DNA of 64,000 nt from Vicugna vicugna (taxonomy: Eukaryota): positions 2,022,167 through 2,086,166 of the forward strand of contig MU058451.1 in assembly GCA_013265495.1 (NCBI GenBank), read 5' to 3'. The first letter of the stretch is position 1. Every line of letters starts with the position of its first letter. Shown in pieces: positions 26,376 to 40,874 of the stretch. A model generated the notes under the pieces. It saw nothing but the letters and a program-made list of their open reading frames with translations, searched no databases and was not told the DNA's origin. The position numbers and the translations under genes were made by a program.

Positions 26376-28569
26376 AAAATTGAGTGCAGATGATGTTACG
26401 TTGGAAAAGCAGAATAGGAATTTGAGATACTTCAAGTCTGGGGCTTCCACTTTCTGTTGAAATGGAAAACAAGGTCATCAGTAATAGAGACAGTGGTAAG
26501 TGTAGAGTTGGTGTCTTGAGGGGAACAGGGAAGTCTTCAAATAGCTGAAGTGAGCAAGAGGGTAGGATGGAACTTATCAGCAGTTCACGGGGCTTAGCCT
26601 AGACTGTGGTCTTTGAGTTGTCAGTCAGCATGGTCAGGCAAATTTCTTCAACAGTGACTCATGGACCAAGTACAGGGCTCTGAAAACACAAATGGTTGGC
26701 TAAAACTATGGTAAGGTTGGGGTGGCATAGATAGGGCATCAATGGAATTGAAAGTATTTGTCAAGAGAATGGATTCTAGGCTGGATGGAGGAAATGAAGC
26801 TAAGGAGGGTCTAATGGAGAAGGAGTTAAGCAACAGAAGTCCACGATGAAGAGTCAAAGATGGGGGTTTCGGAGTAGCATAATGAGAAAGCTAGATGGCT
26901 ATGAAGCCTTGATCAGACTGTGGAATTTTAGAGTTTGAGACTTCAGATATGGAGCAGTACCAGGTGATAGCAAGGTCCTCATGGGGCCATGGGGGTCAAC
27001 AGCTGACTTGGAAGGGAACTGAAGTTAAGAACGTTGAAAAGCTTAGAGGCAAGGGCATTAGAAGGGACATTGGAGTCCCCCTGAGATAGGGCTAGAGTTG
27101 ACCAAATTATTCGATTAGTAGAGGGAATGTCTACTATTATTTCACTCTGAGAGAGCCTATATCCTAACACATAGTTGGAGTTCATAAAATAATTGTTAAA
27201 TGAACAAGTGAATAAAATACCCGACTGCTATAGAAAAGACGTATCAACTTTTAGGAGATAATACGGTTTAGGGACACTAGTGATATCTACTGTTAGTATT
27301 CGGGGTCGTATTACTGATTTGTGCAAAGGTTTTGTCTCTGATGGCTGACTAGTAAGGGAAATTGGCCTATTTCTTCCTCTGTATCTTATTTTTCTCCATA
27401 TGTGAAGACATATATAGTAGAAAGATGTATAAAGGAAAATTGGGAAATCAGAGTTTTGTAAAGTCCCAATATTGTTGCTGCTTACCTGTGATCTTTGGCA
27501 AACGTCTCCTCTTTCTTCATAAGAAATGGTTTTGGATAATCTCTTCATTCATTTCTATAGCTAACTCTAAAATTCAGGTGTCTCTCTGACTATGGAAATT
27601 GATGTAAGTTAGAAAGTAAAAATTCTACTTGTATTCAAACATCTAGTCTGAAACTATTTTGGCTTCAAATTGTTTTGAAGGCAAATACTGAAACTCTTGA
27701 ATTGACCTTTTAAAACAACGTATGGGAAATCATGCTAGTTTCTTGCCACAGAGATTCAAAATGATGGAAACACCTCTCAAATATCCCATGACCCTAAATC
27801 AAAGGTTGTCTCTGAAAAGATGATCTTCCCCATGAAAGTTAGACATCTAAGAAGCCAGATCTTGCTTTCTTGATCAGGTTAATTACATATGAGTTTCCCT
27901 TTTTATCTAGTATAAGAATGAAAAATATATTTCTTTATACAACAAAAACTTCATTTTATGTAGTACTTGGATGGCTAAGACACACCTCTTTGGCCTTGAG
28001 ATAATTACGTGCTACTAGGGGAGATACTACCACATGGAAATATAAACAAATAACCACAGTTCAAATCAGGCCAAATCCCATATGAGTAGTAAAAGTAGAA
28101 ATAGGTCCCTAGGTTATTTTTGTAAGTGCTGAAAAGCAGGGAGTAACTGAAATATTCCCATTTTTCGTTTTTTATCTTTATGTCATTTTTTTCCACTTTC
28201 AGCTCTATTTTTATCTAAATGATTTGCTTTTGTATACAGAAGTTGGCTACATTACCAATTATTTTTATTCAATATTGATGTGCTTACAGGTAAGTATAGC
28301 ATTGCTAAGATACATAACTTAAAATGCTATGTTTAAGTGTATATAGAGAATTATAGACTCTTTGCAATTCAGTTAACCAAAGTGGATTGTCCACTTTCTG
28401 TGTAATGTTGATCTCTCCCCATTTTTCAGTCTTGGACATTTCAAAGTTCTTTAACAATTAGACAAGAGAAAGAAACTAAGATGCAAATTAAATTAGCCTA
28501 TCTGGTTGCCTCTAAGTAGCTTTGGTGTTTAAAAAATGTAAAAAGCTTCTTTATTGTTCTTTATTGGTG

Positions 28570-28842
28570 CTCCCATAGCACTTTATGTGAACTTATATTT
28601 TAAAATGTATTGCACTGTATGGTAATCTTTAGCTCCAATGCCCCCCCTTGCCTCTTACCCCTTACCTCCTTCTTCCCTCCTCCATCCTTTCCTTCCTCCC
28701 TTTTCTTTCACCAGAATAGAACACCTAGGGGACAGGAACCTGTCCTATTCACTTTTGTATTCCTTGTACCTTGTTCAGAGATAAACACTGGATGGGTGAA
28801 TGAATGGATAATGGATGATGGATGGATGGATGGATGGATGGG
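28570..28842 (+). mobile_element. L2 3' end with (TGGA)n tail
   Basis: ggggacaggaacctgtcctattcac...; (tgga)n at about 28790-28840. Confidence 0.6.
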
Positions 28843-31800
28843 AGGCAACTCTGAACTCTTCCACAAGGTCTGGAGAACCACACATGACTGATTGTCTTTT
28901 AACCATGAAACACCTGCCAAGTATCAATCTCACTTTCAGTGGGTTTTTGACAACTAGATCTATCAAATGGTTTATTTAAAAGGCCTAAGATATCTTTAAA
29001 AGTTTCTTTAAAAGTTTCTCAAAAACTCTTACGAAGTAAGCTTGGCCTCTGAAAATGAAGATAGTGGTATATTTTTAAAGCTCACTGCAGACTGATGAAA
29101 GGCACTCTTCGAACCTTCTGGAGAGTTCTCTCCTCTCCTTCTCCCTTCAGGCTCGCCACCCTAAAAGGTTCCCAATTAACAGGATTCTGCTGTTCTCTGC
29201 TTCCCTTGAGACATTCAGATGGGACTTAAAGAATGACACTGGAAGTGTAATTGCAAAAAATAAAGATAAAACTTAGGACCTTAGGGAAATATTTATGTGC
29301 TAAAGCTATAAGCAGATTAGAAAGTTCAGTGAATGTTAATGATGTAAGCCATTTTTATAAGGAAAAAGGCTTTCAGCAAAAGAAGAATGATGCTATCTCT
29401 GCAGAGTAGAGGGACCACTCAGGGATGTTGACCATAGTCCTCTGCTGTGCGTATTTGCTGATGGCCCAGGAGCATGGGCGTTGCAACGCCACTGACTAGT
29501 CATCAGAAATGGGAGCATTTCAACTGCTCTGTATGTGAGGCAGGCTTGCTTCTAGCAAAAGGGCCTTCAGTCAGATCCCGGAAGTCTGTTGCAACAGCCC
29601 TACTTTAACCCGGAACCCACCAAGAACCTTAAGAAAACTGGTTATCAGTCCAGAACTCATGCACAATGCTGTGCTCACCAAAAGCCACCAGACCATCAGG
29701 AATGAATATAAGTTATTTCAGATGCAAATCCACAGTGATGTAGAATCCCTCAGGGCCACTGCCCATAGTAGGGACAATTCAGGGCCAGATCTACCCTGAG
29801 CAGAACTTTCTCCCCCATCATCAGAAGCAAGCCACTGTTCAATTTTCTCTCTTTTTCTCCTTGATGCTTTTAAGTTGTCAGCCAGCCCTGGAACTGCCAT
29901 GTTCACTTTCACATGAATATCTTAGGCTTCATTTCTGCATATAAGTTCAACTATTCGCTATATTTGAAGAAGCTTTAGGAAGGAAAAAAATACAAAGCAA
30001 AGTGAGAACCTGGCATTATGCCTTTTGCTCTTTCTTTTCCACTAAAGAATATTCATTTCTGATGCCTTAATTTCTTAAGCCTTTTACAGTTTTTAACCTA
30101 AACCTCCTATTTTAAGAAACCAATGAATCTTTTGCTTTTTATTCCCCTGTAGATCGTACGACTCCAGCTAGTATCTTAAACATTTCCAGGAAGAGATTTG
30201 GATCATCTCCATTGGTCCTAGGATTAGGTAAAATTAAACATGATAATTTATAATCGAGAAAAAGGATTTGTTTCAGTTTCTTTACAAGTGAAATATTCAG
30301 TAGTTTCAAAAGAGTTTAAAAGATACGCTATAGAATTCAAACTAAATAGTAAAAGAAAGCTGCCTCAGTGATTTTATGTAAAAGTCATTTCTCCTCTTAG
30401 AGTAAAAGTTGGTTTGCAAATTAACAAGGTGGAGCCAAAATAGAGAATTGCATTGTAAGAGAGTGACTCACAATGTTTTGACTTTTTAAAATATATCTTT
30501 CCTGACAGCAAAGGCTGCCTTGTCATCTGATTGCTTTCTAATTAATGTTAAGTCTTCCATTATAAATATCACACTTTTGCCAGCAGAGCTACCAGTTGCG
30601 ACCTCATATTACCTGTCCTTGAAGGACGCACGGGGCAATTATGGCTATGGGTGTCTATGATTACAGAGATGTATCTCCTCATATTCTAACCCGAGCCGTG
30701 GTACAATCAGTAGCACCATAAGAATGCTTCCATTAATAGCAGAGGAGCAAATCAATGTTTGTTTGCTTGGAAGTAAAAATAGGTACTTGCTGATAAGTAT
30801 GTGTTCCTTGCTACTTTTATTTACAAAGAATTAACCAACCATTAGGTATCCTCAACAAATAAAACCAGGTTACAATACTCATAAACTAATATTTTTTTAA
30901 AGAGAAAACTGTACTTTATGCAATGTGGAAGGTGGATTGAGCAGATAAAATCAATCCAAGACACAGAATCTGTTGGGCAGAGCAGACTCCACTTGAAGTC
31001 CCTGCCTGAAGGCTTCACACAAACTTAAAAGAAGAATTTGACCTGGAGGGATACAGGAACCCATGTGGGATTCTCTGAACACACACACATACAATGTTTG
31101 CAAATAGAAAATCAAAGCTGCATTTAAAAGACTTCAGAGTGAGACCATGCCAGAGGTAGGTCCTGGAAGCATCAGTGCCTCTCTGCCTATGTGCCAGTAT
31201 ATTTAATAATTTAGATTTAGGTGCCACCCCCACTGTCTGTGAACCAGTGGACAAATTGAAAAATTAGCCTTGGTATCCACTGAATATTATGTGATAAGGT
31301 TTATATCTGGAATTAATCAGTTCTTACATTTAACTTCCAGTTCATTTTTTCCTTTCTTTTTGAGTTGAGGTAGAGAACTAATTTTTTCCCCAGCCTCCTA
31401 AGACACTGGTCCTTGTACACCTGTCTGCAGGAACTGTCACCCTCCACTTGAACTGAGACTACGCTCACCTCTTCCTCCGGCACATCTGGGTCTAAGCTGA
31501 CTTTTCCGTGGGTGTTTTTTCCCACCATTCCTGATTCATTAACAACTATTTATTGAACATCTCTGCTGTGTAGGCACTGAAGGAGAGCACTGACCAGTGA
31601 AAGAATATAGACTTTTCTTTTCATTCTACACCTGCTCTACTCCTCCTTATCCTTTATGTCAACCATCACTTCCTCCGAGAAGCATCCCTGATCCACAGTC
31701 TAGATCAGTCTTCTTTGTTGTATAGACCTCAGCCTTTTCCTTACAGAATGTATTTGTTCATAAATAAACTCACTTACTGATTATTTTACTAATGCCAGTC

Positions 31801-32539
31801 TCCCCACTTGAGAACAGGAACCATGTCTAGTTTTGCTTGCCAATTTATCCCAGTGCCTGGCACACGGCAACACTCCGTTCACTGGTGAATTGATTGGCAG
31901 GTGATGAATGGATGGATTGATGCATTGAAGCATGGTTTCTTCGCTCTAAGAGCTCCTTACATATTATAGAGAAATAAGCATAGCTATGTGTGGAAAAATA
32001 GGTTTGGGGCAAAACTATAAACAGCTTTGTGGAGGTGTTTCATCGTTACCTTGTAGAAGAGAAGCCAACAAAGATGTGGAACAATGATGAGGTTAGTGTT
32101 TAAGGAAGCTCCCCAAGGTAGCAGGATGGAGGACAGCCTGGGAGAGGAAGAAGGAGTCCATTGGCAGGAAGAGCAGGGAGGTGCTGCCATGGCCCAGGTC
32201 TCAGATGAGGAGGTTTATACAAAGGCAACAGCTGCAGAACAGCAGGAGTAGAGGCGCTGAGTCACAGAATCCAGACATCCCCATGCTTTCTTAGAAGATT
32301 AAAAAAGCTTTACAAGGAACACCCTCCAGAGAATGGTCTCCTCCTGTAGAGAAAGCAGGGCCTGGCTTGTAAAAACCTCCCTGACCCAGGGGACCCAGAC
32401 GGCAAAAATACCCCTGAGCCAGGGCTGATCCAAACTTGGACTTGACACATGTGGCACGACCAGCAGGATGACAGTTTGCTCTGTGTCTTCCTGGCCATAT
32501 CTCAGACAGTTTCAGGAAGGTCGAAACTCCGTGTTTAGT

Positions 32540-34190
32540 CAGACAGTTAACCAACATTTATTAAGCACAGGCCGTATATCAGGAAGTGGGGAGAGAAGGA
32601 TTAGAAAGCTGGGCGGGATGTGGCCACTGTCCTTGCAAAGCTTAGGGACTAATGAGCAAAACAGCAAGTGAGCACGTGCAGCTCAGTGTGGCGAGGGTTC
32701 TGACGGAAAAGGCACAGAGGGCTCTGGGCACGCGGAGCAGCACCCAGCCTGGTCCCAGAGGACATGTGATCTAAGCTGGGAACCAACTGAGGAGAAGAGT
32801 CAATCGGAGGAGAAGTCGTAGGAGAACATACCTGGCAAAGGGACCAGCACGTGCACGGACTCCTAATGAGAGAACACGGCATGTGGGAGGGAGCAAGCCC
32901 AATTCTAGAGCATGGAGCGTGAGAGGGAAGCAGTAGAGGGGACAAAAGGGGCAGGAGGTGAGGGAGAGCCTGCAGAGTGAAGCAGGGGCAAGATCACACA
33001 GTGCCCTGGAATCTGCGTCAGAAATTGAGCTCTGTGTTGAGGGTGATGGGAGATGCGCTTTGCATTCTGGAAAGCTAATTGGTTCCCTCCCAGTACACTC
33101 AGGAGGAGCAGGGCCTGTGGAGGAAAGCCAGTTCCAAGGCTGATGGCATTCATCTGGATGAGGTGATGGTGGCCCACACTCGGGGAGTAGCAGAGAGGTG
33201 GAGAGTAATGAATAGGTAAGAGAGGTATTCAAGAGGTGGATTTGTCAGGCTTCAAGGACTGATCAGGTGAGGAGGGAAGAAGAGACAAGGTGTTGAGGAT
33301 GCTGGCATCACTCTGGGACAGCAGGGCCTTTGACTGTGCGGGACGCACAGAAGAGGAATTTAAACGTTGATAGAAGAGAGATGGTGAGTTCAGCTTGAGA
33401 TAGGTTAGGTAAAAAGTACCCATGGGACAAGCCAGGGGAAACGCTCAACTGTCAGTCGGGTCAGTGGGTCTGGAACTAAGGAGAGTGATGCCAGCAGCCT
33501 TTGTGACTGCTCTGGGTGATCTGCTGTGACCTGATCACAGGTTGGCATCCAGTATAGCAACATGGGCTTTTGAGTCACAAGAGATGTCAGTTCAAGTCAC
33601 TGATGAGCTGCGTAAGCTTGGACATTACGTTCCTAAGCCTGTTTCTCCATCATAAGCTGGAATAATGATCTGACCTTCTTCATAGGATATTAGGAGAAAT
33701 AAATGAAATCATGCTTGGCCTCAATAAATCCTCACTGGTGGTGTAGCAGGATCATCTACCCTGGAAATGTAGATTTGAGCACCACCAGTGTACAGATGGT
33801 ATTGGGAACCACTGGAAGAAATAATGAAAGGAAAGAGGCGTGTATTAAAAAACACCAACGTTGAAGGGTTACATAAGGACATACACAGTGGAGATTGAGA
33901 AGTAACCAGGGAGGTAAAGGGAAAATGCAGGCAGTGCTGTGACACCATGAAAGCGAAGGGAAGAGAAGGTTTCCAGAAGGGGAGGTGGTCAGTTGGGTAA
34001 ATTCCTAGCAACGGGTCGAGAAAGGTAAGGGCTGTGTAGTGACATTGGATTCGGGGACAAGTAGGATCAGCGGCCCCCGAGACAGCTGTTTCAGTAGAAG
34101 GGCAGAGGCAAAAGCAGATTACCGCCAGTTGAGAGAAGTTGCTAGATACAGATCTCCATTTAGTATGTGAACACTTTTTTGAGTTAAAAA
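32540..34190 (-). mobile_element. Long L2 fragment interrupted by a MIR (about 33550-33720)
   Basis: aacatttattaagcac start; purine-rich L2 phrases (gagttcagcttgaga, gtttcagtagaagg); MIR core gcctgtttctccatc...tattaggagaaataaatga. Confidence 0.65.
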
Positions 34191-34785
34191 AAATGGCACA
34201 AGGCAGAGGCATAAGAGAAAATTAAAAATGTTTTCTGATTATAGAAATTTGATTTTGCCTCAAGGCTCTGATTCAGTGTGTAATAAAAAGACCTTCTGGC
34301 CCTGGATACGGGCACCCCACTCTAGCTTTTCATCGAGCATTGCCAGGCACTGGCGAAGGAAAGGGAAAATAATCATTCTCAAGGCATTCCCTATAGAGGA
34401 GACGTCTTGAGTACACCATCCAGGCCTAATGTGTTCATTCTGTTCTCAAGGCTGTTTTGGAAAGAAATTAAACTCTCTGTAGCATCAGTAGCAATTTTCT
34501 GCATTGTGTGCATGTTCACTTGGAGAATTCATTTTCCCAGGTAGAGCACTGTAAGATCTCTACTGAGCAGGAACTCTGACAAGAGCCTACATCTCTCAGC
34601 TCCACTGCAGGGTCTTCTCAATGACTTTTGCAGATTCGAGGCCAGCCTTTCACTCCCAGCAGCACGAACAGAGAGAACGCACGGATTTGGGGTTGGCACT
34701 TGGAATTTACTTATCCTTGCGTGTGGACATTGCACGTGATCCATGTTAGGACCTTTACCCACAAACCAAACAAGCATTATTCCCT

Positions 34786-34860
34786 CCAAACACATGCACA
34801 CACTCACATACACACAGACAGAGGCACACACTCACAAACACACTCATACACCGACACAGA
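34786..34860. repeat. Degenerate (CA)n microsatellite
   Basis: cacatgcacacactcacatacacacagacagaggcacacactcacaaacacac. Confidence 0.8.
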
Positions 34861-35109
34861 CCGCTCAAAGCCTTTCACCTGGAAATAGCCTTGAACAGAC
34901 AAGAGGATTGAGGTACCAAGTGATTCGTTTTCAGACAAGCATCACTGGTCAAACTAGAGCCTGGTCCCTTCTCGTCAGCCAGCACTGCCTTCTGAGCCAT
35001 GGTTTTCCAGGTAGTCCCATTCTCAGCATCGTTTCAGTGGGATGACTTGAGCAGGTGGTTCATACTGTATGATCCCAAGTTTGAGAGTCGCTGCACTAGT
35101 GCCTTCTTT

Positions 35110-36180
35110 TCCAGACCAGTCTCTGGAGCCAGATTGGCTGGATTCAAATCCTGCCTCTGCCATTTACCAGCTATGGGCAATTTACTTCATCTTGCTGTGC
35201 CTCCGTTTCCCACTTTTGTGTCACGAGGACAACAGTAGTATCAGCGGCAGTGTAGTGGGGAGACAACGTGAATTAACTATGTCAGGTATTTAGCCCTGTG
35301 CTTGGCCCTTAACCTTAACCTTCTGTCTTTCCTTTTCCTTTCTGTAAACTAAGGATGATAATTGTTCCCACTTCCAAATGAGTTTGACGCCAGCATAAGC
35401 TGATGCATGTAAATGCTCAGTTGTCACATGCACACATCTCCCTCCATTTAGTTTATGTCCCCACTAAAACTTACTTGGGAAATCAGGATAGCTTCTGGGC
35501 TCTTTCATGAAAATTTTTGTGCATCTTCATGGTGAGTCACTTTCCCATTGGTATAGTCCCTTGGTCTATTTCACTTTCCCCACTTTTCAAGTTGTATCTG
35601 TAACAGCTCAAGCCATGAAACCCAACTTCACATGGGAAGGATCTTCCTGGGCTGTGGTGGATGGGAGGTGGCTTGTGGCTCTCCCCTCTCATGGAAATAC
35701 ATCAGGTGGTCAAAAGAACCTCACTCAGGGAAAACCTCCACAGTATTTACGATTTCATTACTCCAACATCCATAGCCTCTGAGAGACAAGTCACAAAGAA
35801 GGTGGACACATGCCCTCCAGTAACCTTATTAACTCAGTTCAACTATGCCAATGCGGGAATAGCTCTTATTTTTCATATAAATGTATTTTTATTTTGTAGT
35901 CTTCATATCCTGTATATATAAAAGATGTATATATCCTGTATGCATAAAAGATATTTATATAGCCTGTCACATGCTATGCAGTGTTCTAGCCACTTTAGAT
36001 GTGATATTTATTCTTTATAACGACTTTATCACGTAGTACTAGGATTATCATTATCCCCCTTTTATATATGAGGAAACTGAAGAACAAAATAAATAAGTAG
36101 CTCAAGGAAGATCAGTCCAGTAATAAGAAGCACAGCCAGGATTTAAACCCAGATAGTCTGGAGTCAGAGGCTATGTATAA
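35110..36180. mobile_element. MIR fragments (35110-35420 on +, 35960-36180 on -)
   Basis: ggattcaaatcctgcctctgccatttaccagct; atgaggaaactgaag...ggatttaaacccag. Confidence 0.65.
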
Positions 36181-37829
36181 CACTATTATAGATAACACTA
36201 TTATATATTATATGTATTATTTACGTTATGTTATTTATATACATTATATACAACACTATTATAATAGATAACTCCAGAGGACACTTAACTCAGGGTTTTA
36301 TTTTGTAGGCAAGGGAATCAATGTTTAGGAGAAGAGTCTGACCTTCTGAGCAGCCTCATATACCTAGAAACTTAGTTATTGCTGTTTTGCTCAGAAATGC
36401 ACCAATGATTCAAGGGAGAGGAAGCTGAGAAACAAGGCTAATTTAAGTGCCCAAGAGTGAGAAGGGGGCTTATCTTGAAAAAGCCCTCCAACATGATCAG
36501 CAACTAAGCTGCAAAGGAAGGCCAAGTGAATATAAATAAAAAGAGAAGTCACTTTTTATCTTGCCTTCAAAGTATATGATTTCTAAAGCAAAGATGCCTT
36601 TTATGTAACATCTCTGCTTCCAGGAGTTTGGGGAAGAGCATGATGGAACAGGGACACCTGCTGGTGAGAACAAGCTTCACTTTGTAGATTTCTATCACTT
36701 CTTTTAAGAATGACGGTGATCCCCCCCCCCCCGCCATTATTTGAAATATATTGGTCATGGGCAGTATAAAAGTCAGATACAGAATCTTCCATTCAGGATA
36801 TTACGTTTTTAAAAGAAAAAAATCAGATGTCTCCAACTATTTATAAGCAATTCAAGCACAGGATCTCCACTCTCCCTTATAGGAATTCCAAGCTACGTTT
36901 TAGGGTCCTGCATTAGTCAGCTCTGCTTGGGTGAGGCAAACACCAGGCTGGGTGCCAGGTGCCTGGAGCCCTGCGTTACTCTCATTTCAAGTCAAAAGAC
37001 CTTGCTTGAACACTTGCATTCCAAGGGGAGGTGAGAGAGAGGTTCCTGCACAAGGCACTCCCATCTCAGAAGCCAGGAGCCAAGATGCTCATCATTCTGG
37101 ATGTCTCAGGGTGGCTCTAGACAGGTGCTTCCCATCCAGGCTGCAGCTTGCAGGACTTGGACCTGGTCTGAGCAGATCAGACGTTCTTGTCTCTCTGGAG
37201 CACTCAGATGTTACTTTGATGCTCTTCCATCAAAAATGTCATGAATGTGTAATCGTTTGAATTCTCTCCTATGCCATGTCAGTTCACTGAGGTTGGAATT
37301 GTACTTTGAAAATTATGCTTTTCTAAGCTTTTTCTAGGAGAAAGAATTCAGAAAGGAGAAATGAGGAAAATTGGTGAAGGAAAATGGAGCTTAGGAGAGG
37401 AGACATCTTTGCAGCGAGATGGCAGTGTCACCCTTTGGCTTTGATTTCATTAGTTAAAACACTTTGGATCCTGCTCAAACTTTCTAAACTTCCTAGCCAT
37501 CACCATGTATAATTGAAAAGTCTTGATGGCTTTAGAAGAAATTGTTCTCAGTTGGGTTGTTGAGATGCAATAGTTTCTTTTGTTTGGTTTTAGTTTCGAT
37601 GTGGAATTTGGAGTCAAAATAAGAGAATTTGCCTTCCTGCATGTGCAGTTGAGTGATACAAAAGTGATTTAGGCATCCAGAGACCCAAAAAGGATAGTTT
37701 TCATCTGTGTTGGGGGAGAGTTGGGAGAACTTAAAACAAGTTCATGGAAGATATGCACACTGGCATTGAGAATATAGCCAACTATTGAGATGTAGCATTG
37801 AATATTAAAAATAAATTCATGAATACTAC

Positions 37830-38510
37830 TGATTAAATTTTATTTATTAAGCACCAAAGCGTAAGCATTGTGTTTGGAGCTCTAAAGAAAACAGATCTCA
37901 ATCCGATCTGTCCTGACCCTTTAGAAGTTGTAATACAGCAGGACAGATGAAACAAATGACAAATCTCTGAGACAGTAGGGAGAAGCCACTGGGAAAGTGA
38001 AACAGAAAAGGACAACAAAGACATTCTCTACTCCTTGAATCCACACTTCCCCCACATCCATTTCATCCCTAGAAAGAACATGGGCAAGACAAGAGGTAAT
38101 AGAATTAGGAGGTTAGTGCAATTGTTTAAAAATGAAAAGTTGAGGGACTGAATTAACAGGGCAGGGGGTGGAGGAGGGACAAGGGAAGAAGAGACGGATT
38201 GAGGGGAGAAAAGGTCTTAAAGGATGAATGAATAGAATTTAAGGACTTAGATGTGGAGCTTAAGGGAAGAGAGTTATACATAAGCATAGATCCAGACACT
38301 GAATATTAGAACTGGGGGAACAAAACTTTAATTCCCAGGTTAGAACAATGAAGTAAAGGCAACACTAGTAGAAACAGAAAAATCAAGAGGGATTTGCTGC
38401 AGGAAAGTGGGACAGAGGGCAACATTCTGAGTTTCTTCTTCCAACTGTCTGTAAGCCGAAAGAGACCAATGGATGTGTAGGTGGAAACATCCCCTAGGGA
38501 AGTTGGAAAC
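37830..38510 (-). mobile_element. L2 fragment
   Basis: tttatttattaagcacc start and purine-rich degenerate L2 body. Confidence 0.55.
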
Positions 38511-40847
38511 TGGTCTCATGAAACTATTTCTGAATCAGGAGATCGATGAAGCGAATCCATGAGATTTTATGAACCCCTCCAAAACCTCATGCAAAGAAAT
38601 TATATTAATTTGTTTAATATTAGGGGTTAATTTGAAATTACCCTTATTCCCATGTGCTTTTGTGGAAGGTTAGTTTAATATGAAAGAGTATGGGTTATGA
38701 AAGAAGTTTCTAGACATGAGGAGCAATAAATCATTAAGTTAAGAAGGAAAATATTTCCCTGTGTGACTTTTTTGATGAATACTAAATTTGAGAAGTGATT
38801 TAACTGTTTAGAGAGTGAATAAATCAAAATGAAATACAACCTCCTATGGCTAAGAGAAACCAAGAATCAAAAGCTTGAATTTAGTAAAAAAAAAAAAAAA
38901 AAAGCTGAATTCAGCACCAAATATGCTTTCAGTGGAATGAAAGTGAATACTATAATCAGTTGGCTAAAAGCAGTCATTAATATATGAGATATCACCCTTA
39001 TTATAATGTTCACATAAAAAAGAAAGCCAAAAAACAGACAATATAAATGAAAGGGAATTTATTTATGCTCTCCTTAAATAAGCATACGGTCATTTTATTG
39101 AAAATAAAGAATAAATTCCAAAGTTAAAAGCCCTGAGACTTAGTCGATAAATCAACTCTAAAATGTTCTTAATTGGCAACTATATACCGCATGAATAAAG
39201 CCAAGTATTTGGGTTTTAGTTCAAGCAGAATTTTTATTCTGCCAATGGAGGTGAGATTAAGAGAGGAAAAAAAATACTGTGTATTTAAGTGGTAAATTTT
39301 TTAAAGAATGATGGTTCCTTGTACCAAAACATATTACTTCAGTAATCAGCCTTATGATTCGGCATAGTAGGTGGATGTTTTGTAGTAAAATTCAGAAGGT
39401 TCTGCAAATCAAAAAAAATCTCCATTGCCTGTGATTCTGCTGATGAGGATGTATTCATCTGGATCAAGATATAATCTAGCTGTCATAGTAGTATCCGGTT
39501 GGTAGAGCAGGAGTCAGAGGTCAAGATGCAGTGGAGCTGCTCAGAGCTGCCCAACATAGCATGCGCTGCTGCTGCCCCTTCCTTCCACCCTCCACGGAAA
39601 CATCTGTCCAGCAGCCCTGACCTCTGACTCCTGTTTAGTGTCTCCCAGGCTGGCCTGGATGCCAATATGCAATTGAGCCATTATGTTCTTATTTTCAACC
39701 TACTTAGTCATGGTTTTGCAACAGAGCAAATTAGTTCTTTTTAGCCTATTTCTGTTGTGAATTTTCCTGTTCTTTGTGTATCTGCCAAATATGTGGTAAC
39801 TGACAATCTCCGAACCATGTCATTAAGATGAAAACTTCAAAGCAAAGAAGTCCAAGCAGCATGAAAGTTGTGTCTTTTGCAACAGTGCTAGGTCATCATC
39901 TGCCTGTGCTTTTTTCTCTCATCTCTCAGATGTTCAGATCTGCTATTTATGCAGTGAGAAGATAGGGCTGTGGGAATGACACTGTGGGGTTTTTTGTATT
40001 ATTATCATTATGTCAACTCTTATATTTACATAGAAAGCTTAGAATGTGTTTTCCTCAGCTTAATTTCTTAGGAAATAAGATTTAACGACTCTAAGGGCCA
40101 TGGACAGCATTTGTTGGATTTGTATTTGCAGAAATAAAAATTTGTCAAGAATGACACGCATATTCAGTGGGCATTCTTGGGGTTGAAACCTGGACAAAAA
40201 TCCTAGAAAATGCTTTTTAGGGAATTCTAAGCCGATTTGTAAATAATATGACAAAATGAATTTTGTATATTTTATCATGTTTATCTAAATGATCCAAAAC
40301 CACAAAATAGTACTCTGATATTATGAGAAAACGTGATTCAGTCTCTCCTGGCACCCAAACCCTTCAGCCTCCTAGAGGCCATTTAATGTAGTACAGCTGA
40401 CCAATGACAGCCAGGGTTCACTGGATTGCAGTTTGATGTACTATCTTAATATAATATGTTTAGTCATGCCCTCTGCCTGTCCTGAGAGGTCAAAGTTTAG
40501 TTTCTTGGCACATACAAAACTGGACTGGCCCTTAGGAAGCCTAGAAGCCTAAAAGACAGAGCTGTGCTCAGTAACCAACTCTGCAAACAACAGCTGGGGC
40601 CACAAATAAAATAGCCTTTTATTTGCGAGTAAACAGTGTGGAAAAGAGCTTTTGCTCACACAAAAGTCTTTCCCACCAGATTCTCAAACACAGCTAGCAA
40701 TATTTATCATCGTCTCCAAAAGAAAGGTACAACTGTTTATGTACATAAATGCATGTGTCTGTATGTGTGCATATGTCCTGCTGTAGAATGAAGGTACTTC
40801 TATGAAATTCTATGAAAAGTGTTCACCTCTTCACATATTTATGCATC

Positions 40848-40874
40848 TTCAGCACCACGAGGAAGGACAGTTCC
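40848..40874 (+). promoter_or_regulatory. Candidate non-canonical REST/NRSF RE1 site (8-bp spacer)
   Basis: TTCAGCACC-acgaggaa-GGACAGttcc. Confidence 0.45.
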
